DNA from: Burkholderiales bacterium
GTDB lineage: Bacteria; Pseudomonadota; Gammaproteobacteria; Burkholderiales; Usitatibacteraceae
Reading direction: 5' to 3'
Assembly: GCA_017853245.1 (NCBI GenBank)
Contig: JAFMJY010000001.1
Span: 1,434 to 65,433 of the forward strand
DNA: 64,000 nt
The translations under genes and the position numbers were made by a program. Position 1 is the first letter of the stretch, and each line of letters opens with the position of its first letter. Of the stretch, positions 55,838 to 64,000 are shown piece after piece. A model generated the notes under the pieces. It was not told the DNA's origin. It made no database searches and saw nothing but the letters and a program-made list of their open reading frames with translations.

Positions 55838-57277
55838 TCAGAACCTCGGGATATCGGGGTGGGGCAAGCGGCCGGCGCGAACGTGCAACCCGCCCCACTC
55901 CGCACAGCGCTTGAGCGTGGGCACCGCCTTGCCGGGGTTCAGGATGCCCGCCGGGTCGAAGGCGTGCTTCACGTCATGAAAAGCGGCGATCTCGGGCTCG
56001 CGGAACTGGGAACACATTTGCTTGAGCTTCTCGAGGCCGACACCGTGCTCGCCGGTGATGGTGCCACCCACATCGATACACAACTCGAGGATGCGCCCGC
56101 CGAGCGCTTCGCTGCGCTCCAGCTCACCGGGTTTCGTCCCGTCGTAGAACAGGCAGGGGTGCAGGTTTCCGTCGCCCGCGTGAAAAACGTTGCCCACGAC
56201 CAGGCCTGCCTCATTTGCCAGCTCGTAGATGCGATCGAGCACCTGCGGCAGCGCCCGACGCGGAATGGCGCCGTCCATGGTGTAGTAATCCGGGTACATC
56301 ATCGCGAGCGCTGCAAAGGCGCCCTTGCGCGCCTTCCACAGGTTCGCCCGCTCTGCTTCGTCACTCGCGGTGCGCACTTCCCGGGCACCCGACTCGTGGA
56401 GCAATGCCTCCACCCGGGCACGCATGTCAGTGGCCTCCTCCGCGATGCCATCCACCTCTACGAGCAGGAGTGCCTGACACTTCGGAAGGCCCAGATGCAT
56501 GGAGCGCTCGACCGCCTCGATCACCACACGGTCCATCATCTCCAGCGCCGCCGGCACGATGCCCGCGCCAATGATGGAACCCACGCATTCAGCTGCTTCC
56601 GTGGCGGAGTCGAAAGCCGCCAGCAGGGTTTCCGTCACCTCAGGCCGCGGCAACAGTCGAAGCGTGGCCTGCGTGACAACCCCGAGATTGCCCTCGCTGC
56701 CCGTCATCACCGCGAGCAGGTCGTAGCCCGCGCTATCGAGCGAACGCCCGCCGATCTCCAGACAGTCGCCGTCGCCGTCGATGACGCGAACGCCCACTAC
56801 GTTATGAACCGTGAGCCCGTACTTGAGGCAATGGATGCCGCCCGCGTTCTCGGCGACGTTGCCGCCGATGGAGGAAATGGACTGGCTCGAGGGATCCGGC
56901 GCAAAGAACAAGCCTGCAGGCTCCGCCGCTTCAGACACGGCGAGATTGCGCACCCCGGGCTCTACGACTGCGAGGCGAGCGTTGCGATCGATCTCCACGA
57001 TGCGCCGCATTTTTGACAGCGCGAGAACCACGCTATCGGGCGTGGGTGTGGCGCCCCCGGAGATGCCCGTGCCCGCGCCGCGCGAGACGATGGGCGTGCC
57101 GGTAGCCTTGAGCGCCTTCACCACCGCCTGGACCTGGCTTTCATCGTCCGGCAAGACGGCAGCCAGTGGCAGGGCACGCTTCTGGATGTACGCATCCATT
57201 TCGAACGCGGCCAGGCGCTCGCGATCCAGAATCACCGACACCGGCGGGTGAAGCGCCTGGAGCGCGGCGGCACCCAT
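55838..57277 (-). CDS. FAD-linked oxidase, GlcD paralogue
   Basis: 479 aa from ATG 57277, which shares one nt with the upstream stop. PIVSRGAGTGISGGATP, GGNVAENAGGIHCLKYG, and a C-terminal LNPGKAVPTLKRCAEWGGLHVRAGRLPHPDIPRF. The upstream part of ORF 55838..57637 overlaps glcD. Confidence 0.88.
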   Translation of the reverse strand: MGAAALQALHPPVSVILDRERLAAFEMDAYIQKRALPLAAVLPDDESQVQAVVKALKATGTPIVSRGAGTGISGGATPTPDSVVLALSKMRRIVEIDRNARLAVVEPGVRNLAVSEAAEPAGLFFAPDPSSQSISSIGGNVAENAGGIHCLKYGLTVHNVVGVRVIDGDGDCLEIGGRSLDSAGYDLLAVMTGSEGNLGVVTQATLRLLPRPEVTETLLAAFDSATEAAECVGSIIGAGIVPAALEMMDRVVIEAVERSMHLGLPKCQALLLVEVDGIAEEATDMRARVEALLHESGAREVRTASDEAERANLWKARKGAFAALAMMYPDYYTMDGAIPRRALPQVLDRIYELANEAGLVVGNVFHAGDGNLHPCLFYDGTKPGELERSEALGGRILELCIDVGGTITGEHGVGLEKLKQMCSQFREPEIAAFHDVKHAFDPAGILNPGKAVPTLKRCAEWGGLHVRAGRLPHPDIPRF

Positions 57278-58770
57278 CAGAAGCGCGGCAGGTCCGGGTG
57301 CGGCAATTGGCCACGGCTCACGCGCATGGCGCCAAATTCCGCACAGCGATGCAGCGTCGGCACCATCTTGCCGGGATTGAGCAGCCCCTCGGGATCGAAC
57401 GCTGCCTTCAGCGAATGAAACTGCTCGAGCTCCCGCGGCTGGAACTGGGTGCACATCTGCTTGATTTTTTCGATGCCCACGCCGTGCTCGCCGGTGATGG
57501 TGCCCCCGACTTCGATGCAGAGCTCGAGAATGTCGCCGGCGTAATCCTCGGTTTTCTCGAGCTCGCCGGGTACGTTGGCGTCGTAGAGGATCAGCGGATG
57601 GAGGTTTCCATCTCCCGCGTGGAAAACGTTCGCGCAACGCAGGCTGTAGTGCCTAGAGAGCTCGTCAATTCGCCGCAGCACCTTCGGCAACGCGCTGCGC
57701 GGAATGGAGCCATCGATGCAGTAGTAGTCCGGCGAGATCCGCCCCACGGCGGGGAACGCGTTCTTGCGGCCCGACCAGAAGCGCAGGCGCTCGGTCTCGT
57801 CGCGCGACACCGCGAAGGCCGTACAGCCGGCACCTTTCATCACGTCGGCGATCTTGGCGATTTCCTCGGCCACTTCCTCGGCTGTCCCGTCGGATTCACA
57901 CAGCAGGATCGCCTCGGCCTCGAGGTCATACCCTGCGTGAACGAAATCCTCGACGGCTTCCGTGGCCAGACGATCCATCATCTCGAGGCCGGCCGGGATG
58001 ATGCCAGCGCCAATGACGGCGGCCACCGCTTCGCCCGCGGCCTCGACGCTCGCAAAGGAAGCCATCACCACTTGCGCGACTTGCGGGCGTGGCAGGAGCT
58101 TCACCGACACTTCGACGGTGAGGGCCAGCAACCCCTCGGAACCGGTGATGGTGGCAAGCAAGTCGTAGCCGGGAGAATCGAGCGCGTCGCAGCCGAATTC
58201 GATGTCGTCGCCCTCGATGGTGAGCGCCCTCACCTTCTGGACGTTGTGCACCGTGAGCCCGTACTTGAGGCAATGCACGCCGCCGGAATTTTCCGCGACG
58301 TTGCCGCCGATGGAGCAGGCGATCTGGCTCGAGGGGTCCGGCGCGTAATACAGGCCATGGGCGGCGGCCGCCTCGGAGATTGCCGCGTTGCGGACACCAG
58401 GCTGCACGATGGCGCGGCGAGCGAGCGGATCGATCGAGAGGATCCGGTTGAACTTGCCGAGCGAGAGGAGAATTCCGTCCGCCAGCGGCGTGGCGCCTCC
58501 CGAGAGCCCCGTGCCGGAGCCGCGCGCGACGACTGGCGTGTTCGTCTCCCTCGCCACTCGCATCACCTCGGCCGCTTCCGGGATCGTGCCGGGTAGCGCG
58601 GTGAGCAGGGGCGTTTCCCGGTACGCAGAGAGCCCGTCGCACTCGTAGGGGCGAAGGTCCTCCCGCTCGGTGAGGACTGCCTGGCCAGGCAAGCGGCTGC
58701 GCAACGCCTCCGCCACGCGACTGCGACGTGCGGTGCGGTCTGACTGGGGAATGTGGGGCTGCGCGCTCAC
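57277..58770 (-). CDS. glcD: Glycolate oxidase subunit GlcD
   Basis: 497 aa from GTG 58770. It runs collinear with E. coli GlcD as I remember it (YECDGLSAYRETP, SPDYYCIDGSIPRSALP, CAEFGAMRVSRGQLPHPDLPRF). Confidence 0.9.
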   Translation of the reverse strand: MSAQPHIPQSDRTARRSRVAEALRSRLPGQAVLTEREDLRPYECDGLSAYRETPLLTALPGTIPEAAEVMRVARETNTPVVARGSGTGLSGGATPLADGILLSLGKFNRILSIDPLARRAIVQPGVRNAAISEAAAAHGLYYAPDPSSQIACSIGGNVAENSGGVHCLKYGLTVHNVQKVRALTIEGDDIEFGCDALDSPGYDLLATITGSEGLLALTVEVSVKLLPRPQVAQVVMASFASVEAAGEAVAAVIGAGIIPAGLEMMDRLATEAVEDFVHAGYDLEAEAILLCESDGTAEEVAEEIAKIADVMKGAGCTAFAVSRDETERLRFWSGRKNAFPAVGRISPDYYCIDGSIPRSALPKVLRRIDELSRHYSLRCANVFHAGDGNLHPLILYDANVPGELEKTEDYAGDILELCIEVGGTITGEHGVGIEKIKQMCTQFQPRELEQFHSLKAAFDPEGLLNPGKMVPTLHRCAEFGAMRVSRGQLPHPDLPRF

Positions 58771-58798
58771 GGCGTGGCTACGATAGCATGCGACTCGA

Positions 58799-59281
58799 AT
58801 GGATCCCCTCCTCCTGAAAATCCTCGCGGCGGCCCTCGTGTTGATCGGACTCGCCGGGACCTTGTTGCCCATCCTCCCGGGCGTGCCGCTCATTTTCGCG
58901 GGGCTTCTGGTCGCCGCGTGGGCGGACAACTTTCAGCACGTTGGGGCGGTGGCGCTCACCATCCTCGGGGCGCTGACCGTGCTCGCCATCGCCGCCGATT
59001 TTCTGGCGTCCGCGCTGGGTGCCAAGAAGCTGGGCGCAAGCCCCAAGGCCGTTGCGGGTGCCACGATCGGTGCCATTGTCGGAATCTTTTTTGGCCTGCC
59101 CGGCATCGTGCTGGGGCCTTTTCTCGGCGCGGTGATCGGCGAGCTCTCGGCGAAACGAGAGTTGCTTCAGGCGGGCAAATCGGGCCTGGGGACGTGGCTG
59201 GGGCTACTGCTCGCGTCGGTCGCCAAGCTGACTGTCTCGTTTCTGATGATTGGCGTCTTCATCACCGCGTATCTGCTCTAG
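58799..59281 (+). CDS. DUF456-family membrane protein
   Basis: 160 aa, four Gly/Ala-rich TM helices (LLPILPGVPLIFAGLL...). Confidence 0.75.
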   Translation: MDPLLLKILAAALVLIGLAGTLLPILPGVPLIFAGLLVAAWADNFQHVGAVALTILGALTVLAIAADFLASALGAKKLGASPKAVAGATIGAIVGIFFGLPGIVLGPFLGAVIGELSAKRELLQAGKSGLGTWLGLLLASVAKLTVSFLMIGVFITAYLL

Positions 59282-59283
59282 CC

Positions 59284-59739
59284 ATGCACCCCCACGAGGC
59301 GCGGGTGCGTGAGTTGCTGGAGGCCATCGACCGCTGTGACAGCGACGCAGTGGCCGCCTGCTATCACGAGGAGATCTTCTTCTCGGACGCGATCTTTCCC
59401 TCGCTCCGGGGCGAGGAGGCGATCGCGATGTGGCGAGCCTTGGTCGGGCGGGCGCGGGACTTGTCCGTTACCGTGGAGTCGGTTTCGGCGGACGACGAGG
59501 GAGCCCGGGCGATCTGGGTGGCGCGTTATTCGCTCGGCAGGGATGGTCGACCGGTTGTGACTCGCATCGACAGCCTGTTCGCGTTTCGGGACGGGCTGAT
59601 CGTTCGTCACTTCGACCGCTACTCGTTCTGGCGCTGGGCGGCGCAGGCGCTGGGACCAGTGGGCGCGGCCTTCGGGTGGTTCGCGCCGTTCAAGTGGTGG
59701 GTGAGGAAGCGGGCGCGGCGGGTTTACCTGCGCGAGTGA
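59284..59739 (+). CDS. NTF2-like / SnoaL-like domain protein
   Basis: ATG 59284 inside ORF 58753..59739. VRELLEAIDRCDSDAVAACYHEEIFFSD...FAFRDGLIVRHFD is typical of the SnoaL-like fold. Confidence 0.7.
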   Translation: MHPHEARVRELLEAIDRCDSDAVAACYHEEIFFSDAIFPSLRGEEAIAMWRALVGRARDLSVTVESVSADDEGARAIWVARYSLGRDGRPVVTRIDSLFAFRDGLIVRHFDRYSFWRWAAQALGPVGAAFGWFAPFKWWVRKRARRVYLRE

Positions 59740-59896
59740 CGTTCTGCCCTGGGGGTCTTGCGAACTCTGCTGGCGAGCGCGGAATTCGCCAACCCCAACA
59801 TACAAATGCCTGCATGGGGTAAACCGTTCGGCACCGCGTCGCGTTATGACGGTCAGGGAGGTGGACGAAAATATCTAGTTTTTTGTATAATCCATC

Positions 59897-60211
59897 TTGA
59901 AAGCGCTCGTTTTCATCGCCAACGCACGCGAAGAGCTTCGGCGCTTTGCGCCCGAAGCTCGCAAGGAGGCAGGATTCCAGCTCACGTTCGTACAACGGGG
60001 GCTCATGCCAACGGATTTCAAGCCCCTGCTCTCCGTTGGGCCAGGCGCCTATGAACTGCGGATTCGGATCAAGGGCGCCTGGCGGGTGATTTACGTCGCG
60101 AAATACAGCAGCGCGGTTTATGTACTGCACGCCTTTGGCAAGAGAAGTCAGAAGACGCCGAGAGAAGCAATTGAGCTTGCGCGCCGACGCTATCGGCTCA
60201 TCGGAGAATAG
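59897..60211 (+). CDS. Type II toxin, RelE/ParE superfamily, Gp49/HigB-like
   Basis: 104 aa from TTG 59897. GAYELRIRIKGAWRVIYVAKYSSAVYVLHAFGKRSQKTP matches the Gp49 (DUF891)-type toxin pattern. TATAAT sits at 59886-59891. Confidence 0.8.
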   Translation: MKALVFIANAREELRRFAPEARKEAGFQLTFVQRGLMPTDFKPLLSVGPGAYELRIRIKGAWRVIYVAKYSSAVYVLHAFGKRSQKTPREAIELARRRYRLIGE

Positions 60212-60213
60212 CC

Positions 60214-60498
60214 ATGCCTCGCCCCCGCCTCATCAAATCCAGTGGCAACGTCTTCGAGGACTTGGGGTTTTCTGCCGAGGAGGCAGCCATTCTCGCCATG
60301 CGCGCGGAGCTCATGGCTCAGCTAAGGGAGACGATCGCCCACCGCGGCTGGACGCAGGTGGAGGCGGCAAAGCGCCTGGGCGTGGCTCAGTCCCGAATTT
60401 CAGACCTGGTGCGCGGCAAGGCAGCGAAGTTCAGCCTCGACATGCTCATTACCCTGGCCTCCCGAGCCGGCAAGCGAGTTGAACTAGCGGTCGCCTGA
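60214..60498 (+). CDS. XRE-family HTH antitoxin (HigA-like)
   Basis: 94 aa, 2 nt after the toxin stop. NVFEDLGF...WTQVEAAKRLGVAQSRISDLVRGK. Confidence 0.85.
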   Translation: MPRPRLIKSSGNVFEDLGFSAEEAAILAMRAELMAQLRETIAHRGWTQVEAAKRLGVAQSRISDLVRGKAAKFSLDMLITLASRAGKRVELAVA

Positions 60499-61578
60499 TT
60501 CTGCAGCGCCCGCCTTCTCCACACTCGCCAGCAGCGAATCAAACGCCTGGCTAAATAGCCGCAGCCCTTCCTCCAGCAGTTGCGCCGTCACCGCATCGAA
60601 GTCGATGCCCATCTCCCGCAACCGAACCATGTGGCCCTCGGCGCGGTCGACGCCCTCTCGAAGCGTGGCCTTCGCTTCGCCGTGGTCTCGGAAGGCATCC
60701 AGTGTTGCCATCGGCAGCGTGTTGACCGTATCCGGCCCGATCAGCTCTTCGACGTAAATCACATCGCGGTAAGCGGGATTCTTGGTGCTGGTGCTCGCCC
60801 ACAGCAGTCGCTGCGGCATGGCGCCAGCCGCGTGCAGCGCCTTCCACCGCGCACCGCCCACCATCGACTCGTAATCGGCATAGGCGAGCTTCGCATTAGC
60901 GATCGCAGCCTTGCCTTTCAGGTCGTCCTGGGCCCCCAGCTTCGAATCGACCAGCGTATCGATGCGGCTCACGAAGAAGCTCGCCACGCTCGCAATCCCG
61001 GATACGGGCAGCCCTGCAGCAAGACGCCTTTCCAGCCCGCGAATGAACGCCTCCGCCGCCGCTCGATACGCCGACCTCGCGAAGAGCAGCGTCACGTTGA
61101 CGTTGATTCCCTCGGCGATGAGGTCCTCGATGGCGCCCATGCCCTCGGGAGTCCCCGGCACCTTGATCATGAGGTTCTGGCACCCGACTGCCGCCCACAA
61201 TCGACGCGCCTCCTCGAGCGTCCCGGCCGTGTCCCTCGCCAGGTGCGGCGAAACCTCGAGGCTCACGTAACCATCCCGCTTGGCGTTGGCGTCGTAGACC
61301 GACCGCAATTCGCCCGCGGCCGCTCGCAGATCCTCAATGGCAAGCGCCTCGTAGATCGCCTTCGTGCCGAGGCCCTTGCCGCGAAGCGCCTTCATGGCCA
61401 CGCCGTAATCCTGAGAGCCACCAATCGCCTTCTCGAAGATGGACGGGTTGGACGTAAGGCCCGATACCCCATCTTCATGGACCAGCCGGCGAAGTTGCCC
61501 GCTGGTGAGAAGGCTTCGCTGGATGAAATCCAGCCACACGGACTGGCCAAGGGGGGCTAGGTGCTTGAGGCGGCTCAT
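60484..61578 (-). CDS. tal: Transaldolase
   Basis: 364 aa. QSVWLDFI, SGLTSNPSIFEKAI, MIKVPGTPEG (Schiff-base Lys). Confidence 0.93.
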   Translation of the reverse strand: MSRLKHLAPLGQSVWLDFIQRSLLTSGQLRRLVHEDGVSGLTSNPSIFEKAIGGSQDYGVAMKALRGKGLGTKAIYEALAIEDLRAAAGELRSVYDANAKRDGYVSLEVSPHLARDTAGTLEEARRLWAAVGCQNLMIKVPGTPEGMGAIEDLIAEGINVNVTLLFARSAYRAAAEAFIRGLERRLAAGLPVSGIASVASFFVSRIDTLVDSKLGAQDDLKGKAAIANAKLAYADYESMVGGARWKALHAAGAMPQRLLWASTSTKNPAYRDVIYVEELIGPDTVNTLPMATLDAFRDHGEAKATLREGVDRAEGHMVRLREMGIDFDAVTAQLLEEGLRLFSQAFDSLLASVEKAGAAESGDR

Positions 61579-61686
61579 GGCAGAGGCGGCGACGCAATGT
61601 GAATTCGGGCCACTATTTTGCGGGATTCAGGGCGCCACCGGCCGCGCGTCTGGCTGAACCTGCGTTTTCAAAACCACCCCAAAGGG

Positions 61687-61705
61687 ATATACAATGCCAT
61701 ATACA
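61687..61705 (+). promoter_or_regulatory. Direct repeat ATATACA-N5-ATATACA upstream of vapB (candidate operator / -10 region)
   Basis: GATATACAatgccATATACATC lies 22 nt upstream of GTG 61727. Confidence 0.3.
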
Positions 61706-61726
61706 TCAGGATCGATCGAGGCTGCC

Positions 61727-62002
61727 GTGGCCAAAACCGCCCGTGTCTTCATGAACAATCGCAGCCAGGCAGTGCGGCTGCCGAAGGAATTTCAGTTCTC
61801 GGTGAGCGAGGTCTTCATCCGCAAGGTGGGAGACGAGGTCATCCTTTCCCCACGGCCAGAAAGTTGGGACGAGTACCTGCAGAGCGCGCCAGCCGCGGCG
61901 GCTGACTACATGGAAGGGGTCGAGGACCTGCCCCTCCAGGAGCGCCCCTCCCTGCTGGATGAAACCCATGCCCCCAAAAAGCGGACGGGGCGTAGGAAAT
62001 GA
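61727..62002 (+). CDS. vapB: VapB-type antitoxin (AbrB/SpoVT fold)
   Basis: GTG 61727 follows GAGG, inside ORF 61694..62002. VAKTARVFMNNRSQAVRLPKEFQF. The stop overlaps the vapC ATG (ATGA). Confidence 0.85.
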   Translation: MAKTARVFMNNRSQAVRLPKEFQFSVSEVFIRKVGDEVILSPRPESWDEYLQSAPAAAADYMEGVEDLPLQERPSLLDETHAPKKRTGRRK

Positions 62003-62403
62003 TCAAGTTCCTGCTGGATACCGACACCTGCTCGTATGCCATGCGCCGCTCGCACACCGCCCTGCTCGCACGCCTGCGCGCACACCCGTTAGCCGAACAG
62101 GCGGTTTCCGTGGTGACGGCGGCGGAACTGTTGTTCGGAACAAAGTTGGCCACAGCGCGCGCGAAAGCCACGGAGGATTACCAGCGCTTCATCCGCCACT
62201 TGACGGTGCTCGAGTGGGGCGCCGATGCGGCAGAACACTATGCCGATATCCGCGCCGACCTCCGGCGCAAGGGCACCCCGATCGGCGCCAACGACCTGCT
62301 GATCGCCGCCCACGCGCGCAGCCTCGGCGTGACGCTGGTGACCAACAACGTTCGCGAGTTCGCCCGGGTGAAGGGGCTCAAGGTGGACAACTGGGCCCGC
62401 TAA
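61999..62403 (+). CDS. vapC: VapC PIN-domain ribonuclease toxin
   Basis: 134 aa. FLLDTDTCSY, AAELLFG, GANDLLIAAHA, LVTNNVREF. Confidence 0.92.
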   Translation: MIKFLLDTDTCSYAMRRSHTALLARLRAHPLAEQAVSVVTAAELLFGTKLATARAKATEDYQRFIRHLTVLEWGADAAEHYADIRADLRRKGTPIGANDLLIAAHARSLGVTLVTNNVREFARVKGLKVDNWAR

Positions 62404-63434
62404 GCGCTACGAGCCTGACGATTGACCGTGTCTTCAACGTCCGCGCAGATTTCCAACACATCCTCAAACACGGGCTGTTCGATCGCTAGCAGACCATCCT
62501 CCAGCATGGCCGCATAGTCCTTCCGCAGGGCAACCAAGGACGGCCCCTCAGGGACCAAGCGGAGCTTCCCCGAGGTCGCCAAAAAATAATCAACCTTGTT
62601 GCCACCAGCGTCTCGCTCAGCAAAGAACATGGCCTTGTGTTCCGCCACCTGCCGCGCCAAATCCTGATCGCTGACGGCTGCATGGAAATGAGCCGTTTTC
62701 GCCAACGCGGCCAAGTCATACCAATGGCGTGAAAAGCGTTCTCCACGTAGCCTTCCTTGCAGACAGTACACGTGAGCCGCTGTCGCCTTTTCCCAGAAGG
62801 TTCGCTCCGCCGCCATCACCACCGGCTGCGCTGCTGGAAATGTCACCCCATCAATAAACGGGGCGATGTCACAAGCCACGCGATGCTTCTGGCGGGGTTC
62901 GCCGGTCGCTCGCGCACCAAATTCCAACTGCACCGTGGCTGCGGCGTAGCCCGTCCCCTTCTTCGTCGCCGGATAAGTGACAACCAGCTTGTCCCGATCA
63001 GTTCCCGCGAGACTCAGTTCAGCCCGCTGCCCGCTAGCCAGCATTGCCCGCTCGAGGACCGGTTTAACGGTTTCGTCGATCCATCTCGGCAATCGGCTGC
63101 GAACCGCACTGGTGATCTTTTTTGCCTGACTCGCTGACGCCGGGATGGGATTACCGCCGCTCAGCAGATCTGGAACCAGCTCACGAACGTCGTAAGTGAG
63201 GTCAACGTCCTCGGAGAAGCGGTCGATGACCTTGTACACCTTGGACAGTGACGTGCCGCCCTTGAAAGTGAGCGCGCTGCCCAGCGGCGAGTTGTAAATT
63301 GCCGACAAAGCCCAGACGACCCAGATGTCCTTTTCCAGCAGGTGAGCGGGCCTCCCGCTTCGACCAGCAGCCACCTCAAGAGCCTCGGACTGATCAGCGG
63401 AACTGAGCGCAAACCAGAACTCAGGCATGTTCAC
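62400..63434 (-). CDS. abiEii: AbiEii/AbiGii-family nucleotidyltransferase toxin (type IV TA / abortive infection)
   Basis: 344 aa. HLLEKDIWVVWAL, FKGGTSLSKVY..IDRFSEDVDLTYD. The start is GTG 63434 or ATG 63428, and it overlaps the abiEi 3' end. Confidence 0.88.
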   Translation of the reverse strand: MNMPEFWFALSSADQSEALEVAAGRSGRPAHLLEKDIWVVWALSAIYNSPLGSALTFKGGTSLSKVYKVIDRFSEDVDLTYDVRELVPDLLSGGNPIPASASQAKKITSAVRSRLPRWIDETVKPVLERAMLASGQRAELSLAGTDRDKLVVTYPATKKGTGYAAATVQLEFGARATGEPRQKHRVACDIAPFIDGVTFPAAQPVVMAAERTFWEKATAAHVYCLQGRLRGERFSRHWYDLAALAKTAHFHAAVSDQDLARQVAEHKAMFFAERDAGGNKVDYFLATSGKLRLVPEGPSLVALRKDYAAMLEDGLLAIEQPVFEDVLEICADVEDTVNRQARSA

Positions 63435-64000
63435 TGGCCTCGCTCACCGCGCGCGCCATCCAACTGGGTAAAACTGCTCTAGCAGAGCGCATGGCCGCCC
63501 ATTCCGCCGGTGGAAGTTTGCCGTGAAGCATTTTGAGCGCGGAGGCCGACTGCTCAGGGCCCAGCCAGGCAAGGGCACGGATCGCCATACCGGCCGGACG
63601 CGCCCCGAGCACCAACTGCCATCGATTACCACGCCTGAGCTCCACGATTCGGTTACCGAGCCGCAATGTGCGTGAGCGCCCTGAAGTCAGGAACACATCT
63701 CGGGTGGGAACCTGCGTGGTTAACCCAAGCGCGTTTGCCTCGGCGGCCCCGCTGGCAACGATCACCTCACCGCTGGCCGACTCGATGCCCTTGACGACCG
63801 CTTCAGTTGACGGAGGGCGAGCACCAAAGCGGCTGACGACAGGGGAGGCGTAAGCGCCGCGCCCAATACGCATCAGCTTCCCTTCGCGCGTCAGCCGGGT
63901 AAAGGTCTGGTCCACTGCCGCTCTGGAGGCCACATGGAGGAACTCTTTGGCCGACAACAGGCCGCCCTCGGGCAGGGCTTGTGCAGCAGACAGGATGGCT
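63421..64000 (-). CDS. abiEi: AbiEi-family antitoxin/transcriptional regulator, 5' end beyond the right edge
   Basis: The ORF track starts it at TTG 63957, but the frame stays open to the window edge (...AILSAAQALPEGGLLSAKEFLHVASRAAVDQTFTRLTREGKLMRIGRGAYASP). This is the typical AbiEi N-terminal winged-helix pattern. Confidence 0.8.
   Translation of the reverse strand, partial: AILSAAQALPEGGLLSAKEFLHVASRAAVDQTFTRLTREGKLMRIGRGAYASPVVSRFGARPPSTEAVVKGIESASGEVIVASGAAEANALGLTTQVPTRDVFLTSGRSRTLRLGNRIVELRRGNRWQLVLGARPAGMAIRALAWLGPEQSASALKMLHGKLPPAEWAAMRSARAVLPSWMARAVSEASEHA

Noticed and set aside
57278-57637. 120-codon extension of the GlcD paralogue ORF (599 aa)
   Set aside because: It overlaps the 3' end of glcD and has a His/Arg-rich nonsense composition. 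ATG 57277 gives a protein collinear with GlcD.
59690-60130. 146-aa minus ORF opposite the HigB-like toxin gene
   Set aside because: It is antisense to a toxin ORF with a clear Gp49/RelE-type pattern and a properly spaced antitoxin. No motif was recognised.

Overview
High-GC (about two-thirds G+C by eye) chromosomal segment that looks like a Burkholderiales-type betaproteobacterium. Support: three Bug/TctC receptors and the conserved gene strings hda-HAD-pcnB-folK-dNK-panB-panC, purM-purN-DUF3108-RNA methyltransferase, rpmB-rpmG/radC/coaBC-dut and fdxA/trxA-rho. About 65 protein genes are supported, and most are housekeeping. I found no rRNA, tRNA, CRISPR array, integrase or transposase. Many starts are GTG/TTG, and many junctions are 1-4 nt start/stop overlaps. 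Accessory or unusual content, in order of interest: (1) 37.6-42.8 kb holds a DASS anion symporter plus an 816-aa cytoplasmic protein with a complete PHP-like metal-ligand pattern that I cannot assign. A divergent Crp/Fnr regulator sits beside it and is coupled to a 92-aa membrane protein. This is my best candidate for an undescribed system. (2) 31.4-37.5 kb holds an AddAB-like helicase-nuclease pair of the poorly studied beta/gamma-proteobacterial type. (3) 59.9-64 kb holds three toxin-antitoxin/abortive-infection modules (Gp49/HigB-like + HTH, VapBC, AbiE) bracketing transaldolase. (4) 29.9-30.2 kb holds a deletion-fused TacA/TacT (DUF1778/GNAT) remnant. (5) There are tandem glcD paralogues, and an N-domain-less MgtE-like protein coupled to a P-type ATPase. 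(6) The left end holds a catabolic cluster with three orphan Bug receptors. All functional calls rest on motif and family recognition from the translated ORFs. No database search was run.
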